248,000 nucleotides of DNA from Octopus vulgaris (taxonomy: Eukaryota). This document shows, in pieces, positions 116,101 through 133,869 of this stretch (its first letter is position 1; each line of letters starts with the position of its first letter). The position numbers were made by a program, and so were the translations under genes. The notes below the pieces were generated by a model. It ran no database searches and was not told the DNA's origin. It saw nothing but the letters and a program-made list of their open reading frames with translations. Where the stretch lies: positions 38,212,001 to 38,460,000 of the forward strand of contig OX597823.1 of NCBI GenBank assembly GCA_951406725.2, read 5' to 3'.

Positions 116101-118429
116101 TGATTTCCATAGTTTCGGTAGATAAGGTAGTTTTGTGACATTCGTCTTTGTTAAAATCACTGACTACATGTAATGACATTTAAATGTTATTTTTGTTTGC
116201 TTTTGCTATTAAGTGCTATTGCTTCTGTATAAACAAATACATTCTACTCTTTTGTGACGGATGCCAGGATTTTGCTCCTTTACACTACCGTCTTAATATA
116301 TCTTACATCTTTATACCTAATGTCTCTGAAACACATACCTTTCTGCTTTTGTCTTTGGCAAAGCTTCTATTGAAATATATTTTGCTGCTACTTCTCTCTC
116401 TTTTTTTCGTTCATTCATGTTTCAAGACTTGATTCGTTTAAATTTTGCTTTCTTTCCTAATGAAAAAGAAAGCAAAACTTTTATTTTTCTTGTTGCTAAG
116501 AGATTAAGTTGTTCGGTTTTCTTAGTCTACAAGGTTTTTAAGTTCAAGCTATTAGACATTAATTGTGTATCAAGTCCATGATTATTAATTTTTTTACCAT
116601 TTTTGTGGAAATATTTGCAGGGCCGACCAATGTCTTGTAAATGAATTTGATAGGTAGAAACTGTGTAGAAGTCCATCATGTGTACGTATTTGTATATGTC
116701 TTTCTGTCTGTTCACTATCTTCTGCTGCCACTTGACAACCACTTTTGGTTTGTTTACATCACTGTGACTTAGTGGTTTGGCAAAAGAGACTGATAGAATA
116801 AGTACCAGTCTTAAAAAACAAATACTGGAGTTGATTTTACCCTACTATGACTATAGTCCAATGACTGAAACAAATAAAAGATAAGAGATCAATCAACATT
116901 GACAAATGACTCGTTAGCATTAGGCTGTATAAACATCTGGTTCTAGAATTCCTTTACAGATTTTGTGCTCTAAGAGACATTAAATTGAAAATGAAAATAG
117001 TTTTAATGAAAAATTGTTGAAGATATACTGAAATCTGAAACCATAGAAAATTCTGTCATTAACCGTTTAGCATTCAGATTACTCTGTCAAATGTAATGCA
117101 TGTTTACTAACACTGTTTTGAATGTAATCATGCATATTGCATAACTTCAATATTTTGAAGATGTGATTGTTTAATTTTAGATTCACATTCTAGGATCAGT
117201 GAGAGAAGCCAGATCTCATCAGTTTGAACATAAAACAGGTGGAATATTTGGGCCAGATATTGCCAGTTTAAATGCTTAAAAGGTTAATTCTAATTTACTA
117301 TTCCAAGAATCCTTTCTCAGTGTAGTTATTGTTGTTAACTCTACTGATTTGTTATTATTTTTCATTTATGATACATTTCAAATTTTTATTTGATCAATTT
117401 TAGTTTCAGTTGAATTTTACAAACATATTTTATGACATAGATCTAAATATATACTAAATATTTTTCATATTAATATATAAATATTTGGTATATAAATATA
117501 CTAAATATTATTAATATTTATTTCTAACAAGGACACACATTTTTAGTGGGGGTATTGTCAATTAGATTGATCAAAGTACTTGATAGGCATTTTATTTTGT
117601 TGATGTTACAATGATGAAAAGCAAAGTCAACCACAATGGGATTTCAACTCAAAATATAAAGAGTGAAAATATAAATGCCATGAAACATTTTGACTGATGC
117701 TCAACTCAGAATGCAATGTTGGCAGTAAGTGTCCTGAAACAAGTTCAAATTTTTCTGGGTTGGTAAAATAATAAATAATTTTAATTCAATCATTTGTGAG
117801 CCTACAGAAATTGGCCCTGTACTATGCAAAAAATCTATTATTGCTTATCAATTCAAATTCTGTGGAGTTGACTTTTCATTTTTCTAGGATGTATTAATGT
117901 ATTGCCTCTAACAGATATGAGTCAAAAATACTCTTTTTTTTTAAATAAATCAACTTAATGTCTAGTCAAAACAAATCAAATCTTTTATCTATTACTTGTT
118001 GCAATCACTGGACTGTGACCATGCAGGAACAATTCCTTGAGGGATTGCAGTTGAAAAATTGACCCCAATACTAAATTTCTCTTTTATTCAACCACTAAGT
118101 TATGGGAACATAAACAAATCTATAGTACTGTGGGTGAATTACAAATAGAAACATAAAAATACAAAGATACATGAATAGACAGACATCCATTGAACCACAC
118201 ACACAAACAGATATATATATATATATATATATACATGCACACACACACATACATACAAAAACACATATATTGCTATATATATATATATATAAATATGTAC
118301 ATACATAGCAATATATATATTTCAGATGTCGGGGCAGAAATCTGCTCCAGCATCTCATCAGTTGTTAAGACAAAACAAAAATGCTATGAAAATGACTGTT
118401 AAAAAAGGAGAAATTACTATGAAGTTGAC

Positions 118430-119291
118430 TGTTATTAAGACAATGGACAAGACTTTTCCTGATGTATATTTTGCCATTTACAAAGATGATGCCCTAGCTT
118501 TAACCACAAATGCCAATGGACCAGCACAAAATCGGTTTAGGAAGGACATTATCCAGACCATGAAAACTTTCGGTCTTAGTATAACTACAGATACCAACCT
118601 GACGGTTGTCAATTTCCTAGATTTATCCTTAGATTTAAATAAGAATATTTACAAACCTTATAGGAAACCCAATGATAGACTTAGTTATATTAATGTAGGT
118701 TCCTGCCATCCCCCCATAGTGTTTATAAATTTAGTTAAAAACATTAGCAAAAGAATTTCTAGCCTTTCCTCTGATAGGGACATTTTTTATAGTGTTGCCC
118801 CAGTATATAATAATGCTCTAAAAGATAATGGATTTAGTGAGGACATAACCTATACACCCATTACCAGTACAATAATAAAGAAAAGGAAACATAGGAATAG
118901 GAAAACTATCTGGTTCACACCCTCTTACTCCTCTGAAGTGACCTTTAATATAGGTAAATACTTCTTATCACTTATAGATAGGCATTTTCCAATCAGTCAT
119001 AATTACAGAAAGCTCTTCAATATACATAACTTAAAAATCAGTTTTAGCTCAACTACTAATTTAAAAACTATAATCGCACACAATGCACAAAAACAACAAA
119101 ATGAAACCAGCTGTTCATGCAGGGATAAAAATATGCGCCCACTAAATGGAGCTTGCATGCCTGAGACCATCTTTTATGAAGCCACTGTAGACTCTACAAC
119201 AACTAAGGACACAGTGGGTCTCACAGAGGGGTATTTTAAAGCCAGGTTCAACGATCACAAGATTTACTATAAGCAGTATCATGAGGTTTAG
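118430..119291 (+). pseudogene. Penelope-like RT C-terminus, linker and start of GIY-YIG
   Basis: IYKDDALAL, VNFLDLSLDL, YKPYRKPN, YINVGSCHPP, IWFTPSYS...NIGKYFL..IDRHFP, CSCRDK...GLTEGYFKARFNDH. Confidence 0.9.
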
Positions 119292-120310
119292 TAGTTTCTG
119301 CTACCTAGGTGACCAAGTTAGTAGTTGGGGTGGATGCTCAGAGAGTGTTACCACTAGAATAAGAATAGCCTGAGCAAAGTTTAGAAAGCTTCTTCCCCTA
119401 CTGGCGACAAAGAGTCTCTTGCTCAGAGTGAAAGGAAGATTGTACGATACTTGTGTGTGAACTGCTATGCTTCATGGCAGTGAAACATGGGCCATAACTG
119501 CGGAGGACATGTGTAGGCTTGAAAGAAATGAAGCTAGCATGATCCGCTGGATGTGTAATGTCAGTATGCATGCATGACAGAGTGGAAGCACCCTGAGAGA
119601 AATGTTGGACATAAGAAGCATTGGCTGTGGCATGCAGGAGAGACGTTTGTATTGGTATGGTCATGTACTATGGATGGATGAGGAGAGATGTGTGAAGAAG
119701 TGCCACTCCCAAACTGTTGAAGGAATCCGGGGTAGAGATAGACCCAGGAAGACATGGGATGAGGTGGTCAAGCATGACCTTTAAACGTTGGGCCTCACAG
119801 AAGCTATGACGAAAGACCGAGACCTCTGGAGATATGCTGTGACTGTGAAGACCTGACAAATGCAGTGAGTCCATGGCTCACAGGACGGCGTGCTGTGCTA
119901 ACCTTAGATCGTAGGGTGACCTATTGTGCTTGAGGAGACCTATTGAGTCAAGTACATCAACATCAAAATAAAAATCAAATGGAAATTGTAGTTGTGATAC
120001 TCATGCCGGTGGCACGTAAAAAGCACCATCTGAATGTGGCCAATGCCAGCGCCGCTTTGACTGGCGTCCGTGCTGGTGACATGTAAATAGCACCAACCGA
120101 TCATGGCCGTTTGCCAGCCTCCTCTGTCCCCTGTGCTGGTGGCAAGTAAAAAGTACCCACTACACTCACAGAGTGGTTGGCATTAGGAAGAGCATCCGGC
120201 TTTAGAAACACTGCCAGATCAGACTGGTGCAGCCTCTTGGCTTCCCAGACTCCGGTCAAACCGTCCAACCCATGCTAGCATAGAAAACAGATGTTAAACC
120301 ATGATGATGA
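119285..120310 (+). mobile_element. RTE LINE 3' end with tandem 3' UTR units and (GAT)n tail
   Basis: YLGDQVS, LRVKGRLYD, RRLYWYGHV, GRDRPRKTWDEVVK; repeated gtgccggtggcacgtaaaaagcacc units. Confidence 0.88.
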
Positions 120311-120340
120311 TATATATATATATACACATATACACACAGC

Positions 120341-120385
<45 letters not shown>

Positions 120386-120429
120386 CTATATATATATATA
120401 TATAGCTATATATATATATATAGAATAAT

Positions 120430-121300
120430 AATAATAATATTAGGGAATATGATTCCAAACTTCCAGGGAAAATTCAATTTAGTAATGCTAAATCAAATCT
120501 CACAATATATAATGCATGTATATAAATTAGAGAAGAACCATATCATTCAACAATGATATACTTAAATCATACCGTATAGAAAAAAAAAGATACAATAAAA
120601 CATTTACCTACAACTAAATAAAGTATGAAATAATAAATAAATAGTAAATAGACTACACGTGTTTCGTGGCTATATTTTCAAATTGTTAACAGTAAAATCA
120701 ATTCAATTTAAGTGTAGTCACTTATCCGGTCCAAGATGAAAACAATAAAATAATTAAATCAATGTACATATATTATCTTATAAGAAAATATAAATATATA
120801 TAAAAATACATAATTTTTCAATAAAAAATTGAACAAAATTCAAAAATATATCATAAAATAAAATCACAAAATATATTATCAAATATATTCTGTTAACTAA
120901 ATCTTTAAATTTAATATCTAGGACTTAGTGTTTATAATAAATTTATCTCGTTAAAAACATGGTGTAAATAAAACTGGAATAAATAGATAGAAATATTTAT
121001 TTTATCTATGAAAATATATTTTAGCTTTTGGAAGAAAAAAATGAGAAACTATAGTATGTCATTACTGGAAAATTAAAATACAAGTAATTTAAACAAAATA
121101 TTTAAAACAAAATATATATATATATATATATATAAAATACATAATATACATTAAATGAAGCTAAAATACTATAATTTAATCTATATCCATTAATTTATTT
121201 ATTTATTTATTTAATAAAAATGTAAGTTAAATCTTATTCTAATTATGTAATATATACTAAATAACTTCATGCTAACTTATATGCATAATACTACAACAAA
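120430..121300 (-). repeat. PLE-terminus-like AT-rich repeat with a degenerate HHR (120650-120732)
   Basis: Minus strand gac-CGGATAA-gtgacta...tagccac-GAAAC-acgt-GTA-gtc; stem III palindrome ACACGTGT. Confidence 0.55.
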
Positions 121301-121361
121301 CTATAACTACAAGAATTATATATATATATATATTTTGTTTTAATTACTTGTATTTTAATTT

Positions 121362-121400
<39 letters not shown>

Positions 121401-121943
121401 GTGCAGGTGGCACGTAAAAAGCACCCACTACACTCACGGAGTGGTTGGCGTTAAGGAAGGGCATCCAGCTGTAGAAACGTTGCCAGATAAGACCGGAGCC
121501 TGGTGCAGTCTTCTGGCTTCCCAGATCCCCGGTCGAACCGTCCAACCCATGCTAGCATGGAGAACGGACGTTAAACGATGATGATGATGATGATGATATA
121601 TATATTTACTTTAAATAAAAACCTTTGACTCTGCAGCACTGTATATAAATTCTCTACTAGGAATGACCAAGTTTTAAAACCTGCTGGATCTCACTCATAA
121701 GGGAATCTTACATTGCTTATAAACTCTATATTTAGAAGGACTCATTTAAAACTCTGTTGGTCATTTGGAGTTTTGGACTTTATTCATAGGATATTGGAAT
121801 ATTGCATATATACCAATATGCCTAAAAAATGGATTTACAACTTCAATACCCATAGATTTCTTGCATCTATTTTCTTTACTCCACCTCACTCTCTATTTTG
121901 TATCACATCTAAACTAGCTATGACTTAATTATACTCTCACACT

Positions 121944-121995
121944 GTCTCCGATGGAGGGATATAATTAATAAATATCCTAGAAACAGCTGTAAGAC
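121944..121995 (+). ncRNA. Degenerate hammerhead
   Basis: gtct-CCGATGG-agggatat...atatcct-aGAAAC-agct-GTA-agac; stem III palindrome ACAGCTGT; core mutated. Confidence 0.5.
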
Positions 121996-122140
121996 CTATC
122001 TATAAATGCTCTAATATCTACACAGCCTTGGTTTTTTATCTTATTATGCAAAAAATTCTTATATATTTATATATGTATATATATAATTATATATATGTAT
122101 ATATATTTATATATACAAGTATATATATTTATATATACAA

Positions 122141-122177
<37 letters not shown>

Positions 122178-122178
<1 letters not shown>

Positions 122179-124020
122179 TTGAAACAGTTCAGTGCACTAC
122201 AAGATAGGACCCCTCCTCCAAAAGGATGGCTCCCTCACAGATAGTCCAACTAAGATCAGTTAGATGCTGAATTACCAGTTCAAAAGTGTCTTTACCACTC
122301 CGTTGGAACACAGACAAGTGAACGAACCAGTGGACTTCTTTGCCGCCCCACCTACAACCAGCGAGGCGGTTACAATAGAATGTATTGACATTAGCGAAAA
122401 AGATGTACTACTAGCCATAGATGAAGTGGACACAAACTCAGCTGCTGGTCCTGGCGGTTTCCCAGCCATCCTCCTCAAAGCGTGTAAGCATGCCCTGACA
122501 AAACCCCTCAAGATTCTCTTCCAGAGCTTTCTTGCGAATGTCAAACTGCCAAGCAAGCTGAAGGAGGAATAATATGCCCAATACATAAAGGGGGAAGTAG
122601 AGCAGATGCCAAAAACTATAGGCCTATCTCTCTGACTTCACACATCAGCAAAGTCATGGAACGGATAGTCAGAAAGAAACTAATCGCATTCTTTGAGGAA
122701 AATATCTTGTTGAGTGATACCCAGCATGGTTTTCGACCAGGTAGGAGCTGCCTGACCCAGCTCTTACAACATTATGACTGGGTGTTGAGGCAGTTACTCA
122801 ACAAATCAAATGTGGACGTAATCTACCTTGATTTTGCAAAAGCTTTTGACAAGGTGGATCATGGTATGATGTGCCATAAACTGTGTGACTTCGGCATAGC
122901 TGGAAAACTTGGAGTGTGGTTGCATGACTTCGTGAAAGATAGGAGTCAGGCAGTAGTGGTTAATGGAGCCACCTCTATGAACACACAAATAGTGAGCGGT
123001 GTTCTTGGGCCATCTTGGGACCACTGCTTTTTATAGTGGCCCTCTCAGATATGCCCTCAAATGCCGAGAGAGCCACTCTGGCCAGCTATGCAGACGATAC
123101 GAAAGTCTCGCAGAAAATACAGAATCCCAGCAATGTTGCACACCTGCAGCAGGAGTTGGACTCAATCTACAGATGGGCTGAGGATAATAATATGCAGGTT
123201 AATGCTGAAAAATTCCAGGCCCTGCGCTACCAGCATCCAAAACTGAATATTAAACTTACAGAATACACCGGTCCACAGGGAATTTCAATCCCAGATCCTA
123301 AGTCTGTGAGGGACCTGGGTATCGACATGAGTGATGAAACCTCTTTCCAAGTGCACATTACCAGGATGGTGACAAAGTGCAGACGACTGGCTGGGTGGAT
123401 CCTAAGAACATTCAGAACCAGAGATAAGGAAACCATGATGGTCCTCTGGCAGACATTCGTCCTCAGCCACCTGGATTACTGCTCAAAGCTATGGTCACCC
123501 ACCAGTGTAAAATTAACAGCGGACCTTGAAGCAATCCAGAGATGATTCACAAAGAAGATCGTCCCTTTGCAACCGCTCAGCTACTGGGAAATGTTGAAAC
123601 AGCTAAGACTCTACTCCCTGGAGAGAAGACGGGAGAGGTATGCAGTAATATATGTCTGGAAGATCCTGGAAGGAATTGTGCCAAATTTTGGCATTGAAAG
123701 CTACACCAATGCTAGAACGGGACGACACTGCATAGTGCCAAAGATCCCAGCAATGCCATCACGCTTCAGGACCAGCTTCTGCAACAGCCTGGGTTTCAAG
123801 GGCCCACAGCTTTTTAATATTCTCCCAAAGAGTCTGAGGAACTTGCACAAAGTAGATGTAGCGGTTTTTAAATCAAAGCTGGACATCTTCCTGTCAAGAG
123901 TCCCAGATGAACCTACCTCACGGCAAGAGGTGCAAATGAGAGTAGCTATATCAAACTCCATTCTTCACCAAGTGCCACATATTAGACGAGGTTCGTTGTA
124001 ATAACAGTGTAGCACAAAAC
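122178..124020 (+). mobile_element. 5'-truncated CR1/L2-type LINE
   Basis: [44 protein letters not shown]; few disruptions; preceded by (TA)n. Confidence 0.92.
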
Positions 124021-124024
124021 GGTA

Positions 124025-124217
124025 TATATGTATGTCCGGGTTCCAGTTAATAATTTTCCTTATGACATAAATACACTATTGGATTTGAATTTAAAATTAT
124101 CATTATCTTCCTCACGGTTGGTCAATTGAGAGCCAATGATAATTTTAAATTCAAATCCAATTGTGTATTTATGTCATAAGGAAAATTATTAACTGGAACC
124201 CGGACATACATATATAC
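124025..124217. repeat. Hairpin with ~70-bp arms
   Basis: tatgtccgggttccagttaataattttcc... / ...ggaaaattattaactggaacccggacata. Confidence 0.88.
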
Positions 124218-124615
124218 CACTCTGGATCCTAATGTAAGCGTTATTAATAATATTATGAATGATAATAATGATAACATTAATGGTATTGACAACGATAATG
124301 ATGCTAACTTTAATGACACTTTAGAAACTATTATGAAGTAATATAATGTACTATTGACTATGTATATTTGCATCTAGGTACTAATTTGTGTATGTTTATT
124401 ATCACAATATTAAGTCGAAAAACTGAGACGTTGAATGTGGAACACATATATATGTTTACTAATTTATATTATTTATTTATATCATTATGTAAATGTATAT
124501 TTTTATATGAATAGGAGTGTGAGTATATGCACTCATATGTATATGTATATGTTGTATTGTGGGTATCCACCCACACCCATGTGGGTATATATGTAGACTG
124601 AGTTATATTACATAA

Positions 124616-124740
124616 TCTCCGAAAAGGCCTTATGATATTTTTGTAAATGTCTCATTTATATCTATATATTGACCAACCATAAAGGGCTAATATTTGTAAA
124701 ATGAGACATACTTATCTACATGGCCGAAACAGCTGTAAGA
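124616..124740 (+). ncRNA. Degenerate hammerhead in a PLE-like UTR fragment
   Basis: tct-CCGAAAA-ggcc-(loop)-ggcc-GAAAC-agct-GTA-aga; core mutated from CUGAAGA. Confidence 0.5.
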
Positions 124741-125125
124741 TGTAATTTATATTTACTTATATTTATATTCTCTTTTATATATATTCTACTTATTATACAA
124801 CATTACTCTTTTATGTACATTCATGTACACTGATTTGTTCTGCTTTTTTATATTCAACCCTGCAGTCTCTTATGTGGTGGTTTAATAAAGTATGTGATTG
124901 AGTATTATCTGGTAATTGATATTTGATTTAGATGTATTTCTCCATTTTCTTATCTTGTATTAGTAATTTGTGGTAAATCTTTTTACCTTTGCCCATATAA
125001 TACAGTAAATGAATTGATTGCATCGCAATCATTAACATTTATGTATTAACTTTGTTGGGTACTTCACTAGCAGTATATTGGATATATGTTATCCCATGGA
125101 GGGTTGCATTTACAACCCCTATCTC

Positions 125126-127950
<2,825 letters not shown>

Positions 127951-130900
127951 ATTATGTTGTCTTATGTATACAATTAGAGTGTTGCCTTGGCTTCAGTTAA
128001 TTTTGAAAACAATGGAAAATTTAGTAAAATAACTTAGTCATTATTAGCTGGTGTTTGAGGCATAAATTAGTCTGCAATTCTAATGTATTTTAATTTAAAT
128101 AACTTTAGAACAAGAAGTTTATATCATAGAATCAGGGCAGTCTCAGATGGATTAATATCAATTAGGTTAAAGTTGATTATAATAGAGAAATGATAGTGGG
128201 ACATTTTTATCATTAAAGAATTAATTCTGAAATCCAGTATCTGAGAGGTTAAATGATCTCTTCAAATATTCATTTATTATTGAAATTCTTATTGTCCAGC
128301 CTACATCAAAATCAATGGCATTTCTGGATTCTACAAGTAATTGTGGTTCCTGATATATTTTAATATTGCTACATTCATCAGAGAAAAGTTACAACTTGTA
128401 AAATGCAAGACAGCTCTCAACCCCAAAGTTTTTGAACTTTTTGGTCAGAATTAACTGAAAACTTTGGAATTGCACTTTCTGCCACAAATTTATTCTTTGC
128501 TAAGCTTCTACAATATGGAATAGGTGTTGGTGTTGTTTTCCAAGTTTATTAGATCTATCCTCTAAGAATTACTTCGGGAACTGCAGCTGTGATGACAGAT
128601 GCTTCCAGTAATTTTCAAAGAAACTAGAGGTACTACCAAACTTTGAGAGAGAGTTAGAAACAGCAGGAAGAAACAACTGAGGCTCAAGAAGTACCATAAA
128701 ATCCAAAGCAGAATTTCAAAGTAAATTCCTGCTATGTTGTCTTGAACATGCTACAAAAAAATAATTACTTATTTGGCTTCCTGGATATATACTAAGGAAA
128801 ACAATCTACTGAAGATGCATTTAAGGGTTGCAAGGATTGTGAAAAATCCTTGTTCATAAAAGAAACGAAAATATTGATACTAAAGATTTACGCCACAAAG
128901 TTAGCAATAACTTGAAAACTTCCAAACTTTATGCTGCTGCATATGTTTCTCTTCATGCAATAAGAACTATTACCGAATATTTCTGATGTTCCTTTCCAGA
129001 CAACTAGTATCAACGGCAAATGGGGAACAATTTCACATAGCTCAAATTTATAAAAACATGTTGTCAACAGTATTACAAAAGTGACTAATTGGTTTAGTAA
129101 CCATGTCAACTGAACTTCTTATTGTTCAATCTGATTAAATTGGTGACAAATTTATAAAGGGTAAGGCATACTAAGACAAATTTTTATGTTCCTGAAAGTG
129201 AGGTTTTGATAAGATTTAAATTTTAACCAGACAGTTCATAAGATTCTGGTATGTTTGTCTTTAAGTAAGATATTGTTGGTTACACTAAGTAAACATAAAA
129301 GGACATAAAAGATATGTGAAGTAAAAGGTTTCAATGTAGTGTTACTTTATAGAAAATACGGTTTCGACCAAGTGTCTTCAGGATCAAAATTATTCCTATG
129401 TCAAAATATTTTTCATTTGTATTTCAGAAAGTTAATCAAACATTGATGCATTATTTATTCTTGCAATTTAAAATAAATTTAGAAGTTTCAAATTTTATGC
129501 CTTTTACTTTTTGTGCTACAAAATGTCTGCTTTAGAAAATTTATCATCATTGTCTTCATCATCATTTAATGTCCTTGTACCATACTGGCATGGGTTGGAC
129601 AGTTTGACAGGATCTGACTGGTCCAAAGACTGCATTATGCTTCACTATCTACTTTGGCATGGTTTTTATGATTGGGTACCCTTTCTAATGCCAATCACTT
129701 TACAAAATGTGCTAGGTGCTTTTTTCATACCATTAGTACCAGTGAAGGCATCACACAGCTTGCAAGAGTTTGAAGTTGATAACTTTTTGGGTGAGTGCAA
129801 AAAAGTTGGTTTATGCTTGGTTGTAAAATAGTCCACACATTGTAAAATAGGCCACACATTGTGATGTCCACACATTGATGTCCACACATTATGATGCAAA
129901 AAAAAAAAAAAAGATGTCAGATGGTTGTAGTCTGCTATAAATGGGTAACTTAACCAAGAAATTGTCATGCTATTGTTAGTTTTCATTGTTTTTGTTTAAT
130001 TGTTCCAAGACTGGATAATCATTGTCAATGTACATAAATCTAATTTAATATACTGCACAGCTGTTATAAATGAACCTCTCTAAATGTGTATAAGATGACT
130101 GTTAATTAAACAAATGCAACTTTCACTAAAGAAGAATGTCTTGATTTAGTTATAATTGGTAATGTTGTTTCAACTTGCATTGTTCATGAAGCTGATATAT
130201 TTTTATGGTATATATATACAAGGTTGAGTAGTTGTGTTTGTAATCTGGTTTGTTTTTGTCATCTGGGATTTTTTTTGACAAATTCATTTTTTTAGAATTG
130301 TTAAACGATTGTATTACATAATCATTGACATCTAGTTTGGGCTATCTGGGTTTTATCTTCAAATTCATTGAACCAAATTTATACATAGTTGTTGTGCAAC
130401 CCCAGAGTATTCTGATCAATTAATTCTAATTTATGCCTAGTATTATACTTTGTATAATATAATTCCTGTGTGTATTTACATTTTGCTTTACCACAAATCC
130501 TTGCTTATTCTCTTCCTGTATGGTGAACAAAGTCATTTCCCTCATACTTTTGGTTCTATTTCCCCATTTTTTTCTCTAAATTTTGAACTGCTGATTTATT
130601 TAACAAATTCTACCTAGAAAAAGGTTGTTGGTATAAAGAATTACTAATATCTAAGAGGGTTAAAACCACACATGAACTTAAATTATGTGGATTAATGAAA
130701 ACAGAATTTGATATATTTCCATTGAAGGAAAGTGTGTTTAATTAATAAGATGTTACAAAGCTGGGAGATATTTTAGCAAGTTTCATGATTGGTTTTGACT
130801 ATTGTATTATAGCTGGTATTTTCTATTTCTGATAAAGTGTTGAATATCTTTTTTCTTTTTATTTATTTCTGCATTTTCTATATTGGAAAGCTAGCTATCT

Positions 130901-132057
130901 TCTTTATTGATTACTTAATAGATGGCTTAAGTCTTTAAGAAAAAGAACAGATGCCTGCTCTGAGTTTTAGCCATATTATTAGAATGAATTTCACATGAAA
131001 GTTTCTTTACTTGTTTTGGAAAGAGTAGGTTAAAGAAGTAAGAAAGATAAATTTTCTTGTGCAAAATATTGATTTTACAAAGTACATTTAATGTTTGTAA
131101 TATAAGTGTCAATTAGCTTGTATTTTCTTATTACTTCTATTAACCACTATTCTATGTTGATATAGCCTTGGAAGAAGATTAACTCTTTTTCTATTTCATC
131201 TTTCTTTAGGTTTCTCTACTAGTTTCAGATCATTGAGGTCACTTTTAATTAGGTTTGGCAGTTTTCATTTTAGTTACTTTTATTTTATTTTTACAAAGTC
131301 ATGTCATTTGTTCATTTAATTTGCATCATTCATTTTTATTATATACTCTCTGTATACACATTTAACTTACAACCTGGTATGTTAAAAAGATCAAAAATGG
131401 TTGTTCTTTATACATCTATCCTAACTCTTTTGAAAGCAAATTGGCAGGATTACAGTTGCTCATTAACCTGCAAATAGATACCATCTAGAAAGTTGGTTGG
131501 TTGTAGATCTTGATTGGAACTAACAGCAGTGTTGTGATAATATTGAGGGCTTCTTTGGTTTGGATCTTTCACTCCACTGGATATGAGCAGTGTTGCTGTT
131601 AAGGAATTTGCTGCAAACTTCTATCATGTTCTATGTATATATGTGTCATTCAGAAAAACCAATCTTGTTGACTTAAGATTAGTAAAGCTGTCAACTGTAT
131701 TTGTGCATTGTAGTGTGGGTTGGCGGAGTTATTTTCAACCCAGACCCTATCAACTCTGGTATAGCCCAAAGCTATTACCTACATATTTCCTTTTGTACAT
131801 TAGTGACCTACTTGTTATCACCTCTAAAAGCAAACACTCCTCTGTAAAGGATAACATCATTCACATATACATTCACATATACAAACTAGACTTGGGCAAT
131901 TTGAAAACATCTTCAATAAAATAAATTTCATTAGACAATACCTAGAATTACTATGCATACCAAAAAATGTCGTTATCACACCTGTACACATGGATATATA
132001 AAAATTTCAAATTTGCTACAAATCTTTGGTCTCACTATCTGATCACTTATTGCAACC

Positions 132058-132114
<57 letters not shown>

Positions 132115-132115
<1 letters not shown>

Positions 132116-132241
132116 TTGTGTCTGGGGAGAGTCATTCTCTTTTGGTGCCTTATAATTTAACACACTTATAAGTGGAAATTTTACTGGTGAGTGTGTTAAA
132201 TTATAAGGCACCAAAAGAGAATGACTCTCCCCAGACACAAC
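132115..132241. repeat. Hairpin with ~48-bp perfect arms
   Basis: gttgtgtctggggagagtcattctcttttggtgccttataatttaacac / exact reverse complement at 132192-132241. Confidence 0.9.
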
Positions 132242-133869
132242 AGAATATGCTTCAACACACGAACTCACATAAAGAATCGTGTAAACCAAATCCAAAAGCG
132301 AAATATGTATATTCATATATTAAACAATAGGATTCTTCTTTTGAGTCAAAAAATTCTTTATTTCTGATAAGTTGCTTACCTTCAACAGTGCTCAAGTAAA
132401 AACCTCATTGAGGTACTGCTTACATTTTTGGGACATTGTTGCTTGTTAGAAGCAAACATCAAGGACCACATCTGAAAGAAAGCCTGGTTGGCAAAGATTT
132501 GTACATCAACATTTTTTTGACCACTTCTCACTGTTGCACTGTCTCTTCTTTCCTTTTCTATTGCTGTTACAATGGCTTCCATTTTTCTGAACTTGCTAAC
132601 TGCATTCTCTCTATCCTTTTAGGCCCAGTTGTTTGACCTTTCTCTTTTTCTCTTCCTGTTATCATTATTAGGTGTTATCATCATGTGTCCCACCAAGGTG
132701 GTGAGCTGGCAGAATCGTTAGCATGCCAGGTGAAATGTTTAGTGGTATTTCATCTGCTGCTACATTCTGAGTTCAAATTTTGCTGAGGTTGACTTTGCCC
132801 TTCATCCTTTTGGGGTCGATAAATTAAGTACCAGTGAAACACTGGGCTTGATGTTATCGACTAATCCCCACCCTCAAATTTCAGGCCTTGTGTCTATAGT
132901 AAAAAGGATTATTATGTGTCTCATTTCCCCCAGCCTTGCACTAAACACTTCATACAAACCTTCTTTCCAAGATCTTCAATCTAGATACTAATCATATAAA
133001 ACCTTTTATCTTGGAGCTATTCATAACTCACAAGCACTGTTCCTCTGACTGTAAGGGAAAAATTTATTTATATAGATAAAGACAAAAATATACATGTACA
133101 TAAATATATATGTACAAGTATGTATATATATATACAGGGTGTGTAAGATATTTGAGAACAGATTTATATTCATAAAAAAAAACCCAGATATATATAATAA
133201 CAGATAACTTTATTAAAAAATGCTATGAGGATAAAAATAAACCTTCTTTTCTATAATGTTATTCAATAAAGCCACCTTCAGCTTCAACAACTGCTTCTAT
133301 ATGAGATCTAAATTATCTACATGCATGAATCAAGTGGTCCTAGTTCATTTTGGACATTATTCTGACTATGGCAGCTTTCAAAGAATCTTTGGTGTTATGG
133401 GCATATTCATTGACTTCTCTCTCAATAACGCTTACATGTAATAGTCCAATGAATTGAGATCTGGGGAATTAGGAGGCCAAATTTTAGGGGTTATGTGATC
133501 ATGAAAATTTTCAACCATCCATTCCTGTGTTACTAGAGCCATATGCGATAGTGCAGAGACTTACTGAAACACATATGACCTCTCATTGCATACACTGTCT
133601 ATCCAGGGCTTAACAATTATTTTCAGGATCTCAATGTAGGTGGCAAAGTTAACTCTAAGGCCTTGTGGAAAGAAGTAAGGTGGCATCACATGTCCTTCAT
133701 TGCTGACAACCATGATAGTTGCAGGATGTTTTGTATGCAAAACACTTGTAACTTCAGAAGGGTCTGCACATAACTATCTGTCATTTGTTCTGTTAACTTT
133801 TTAATGTTGGTCGAAGTTTTTCTCGTTTGAGAAAAACCAAATCAAATCTTCTTCTGACCGGTGGCATTG

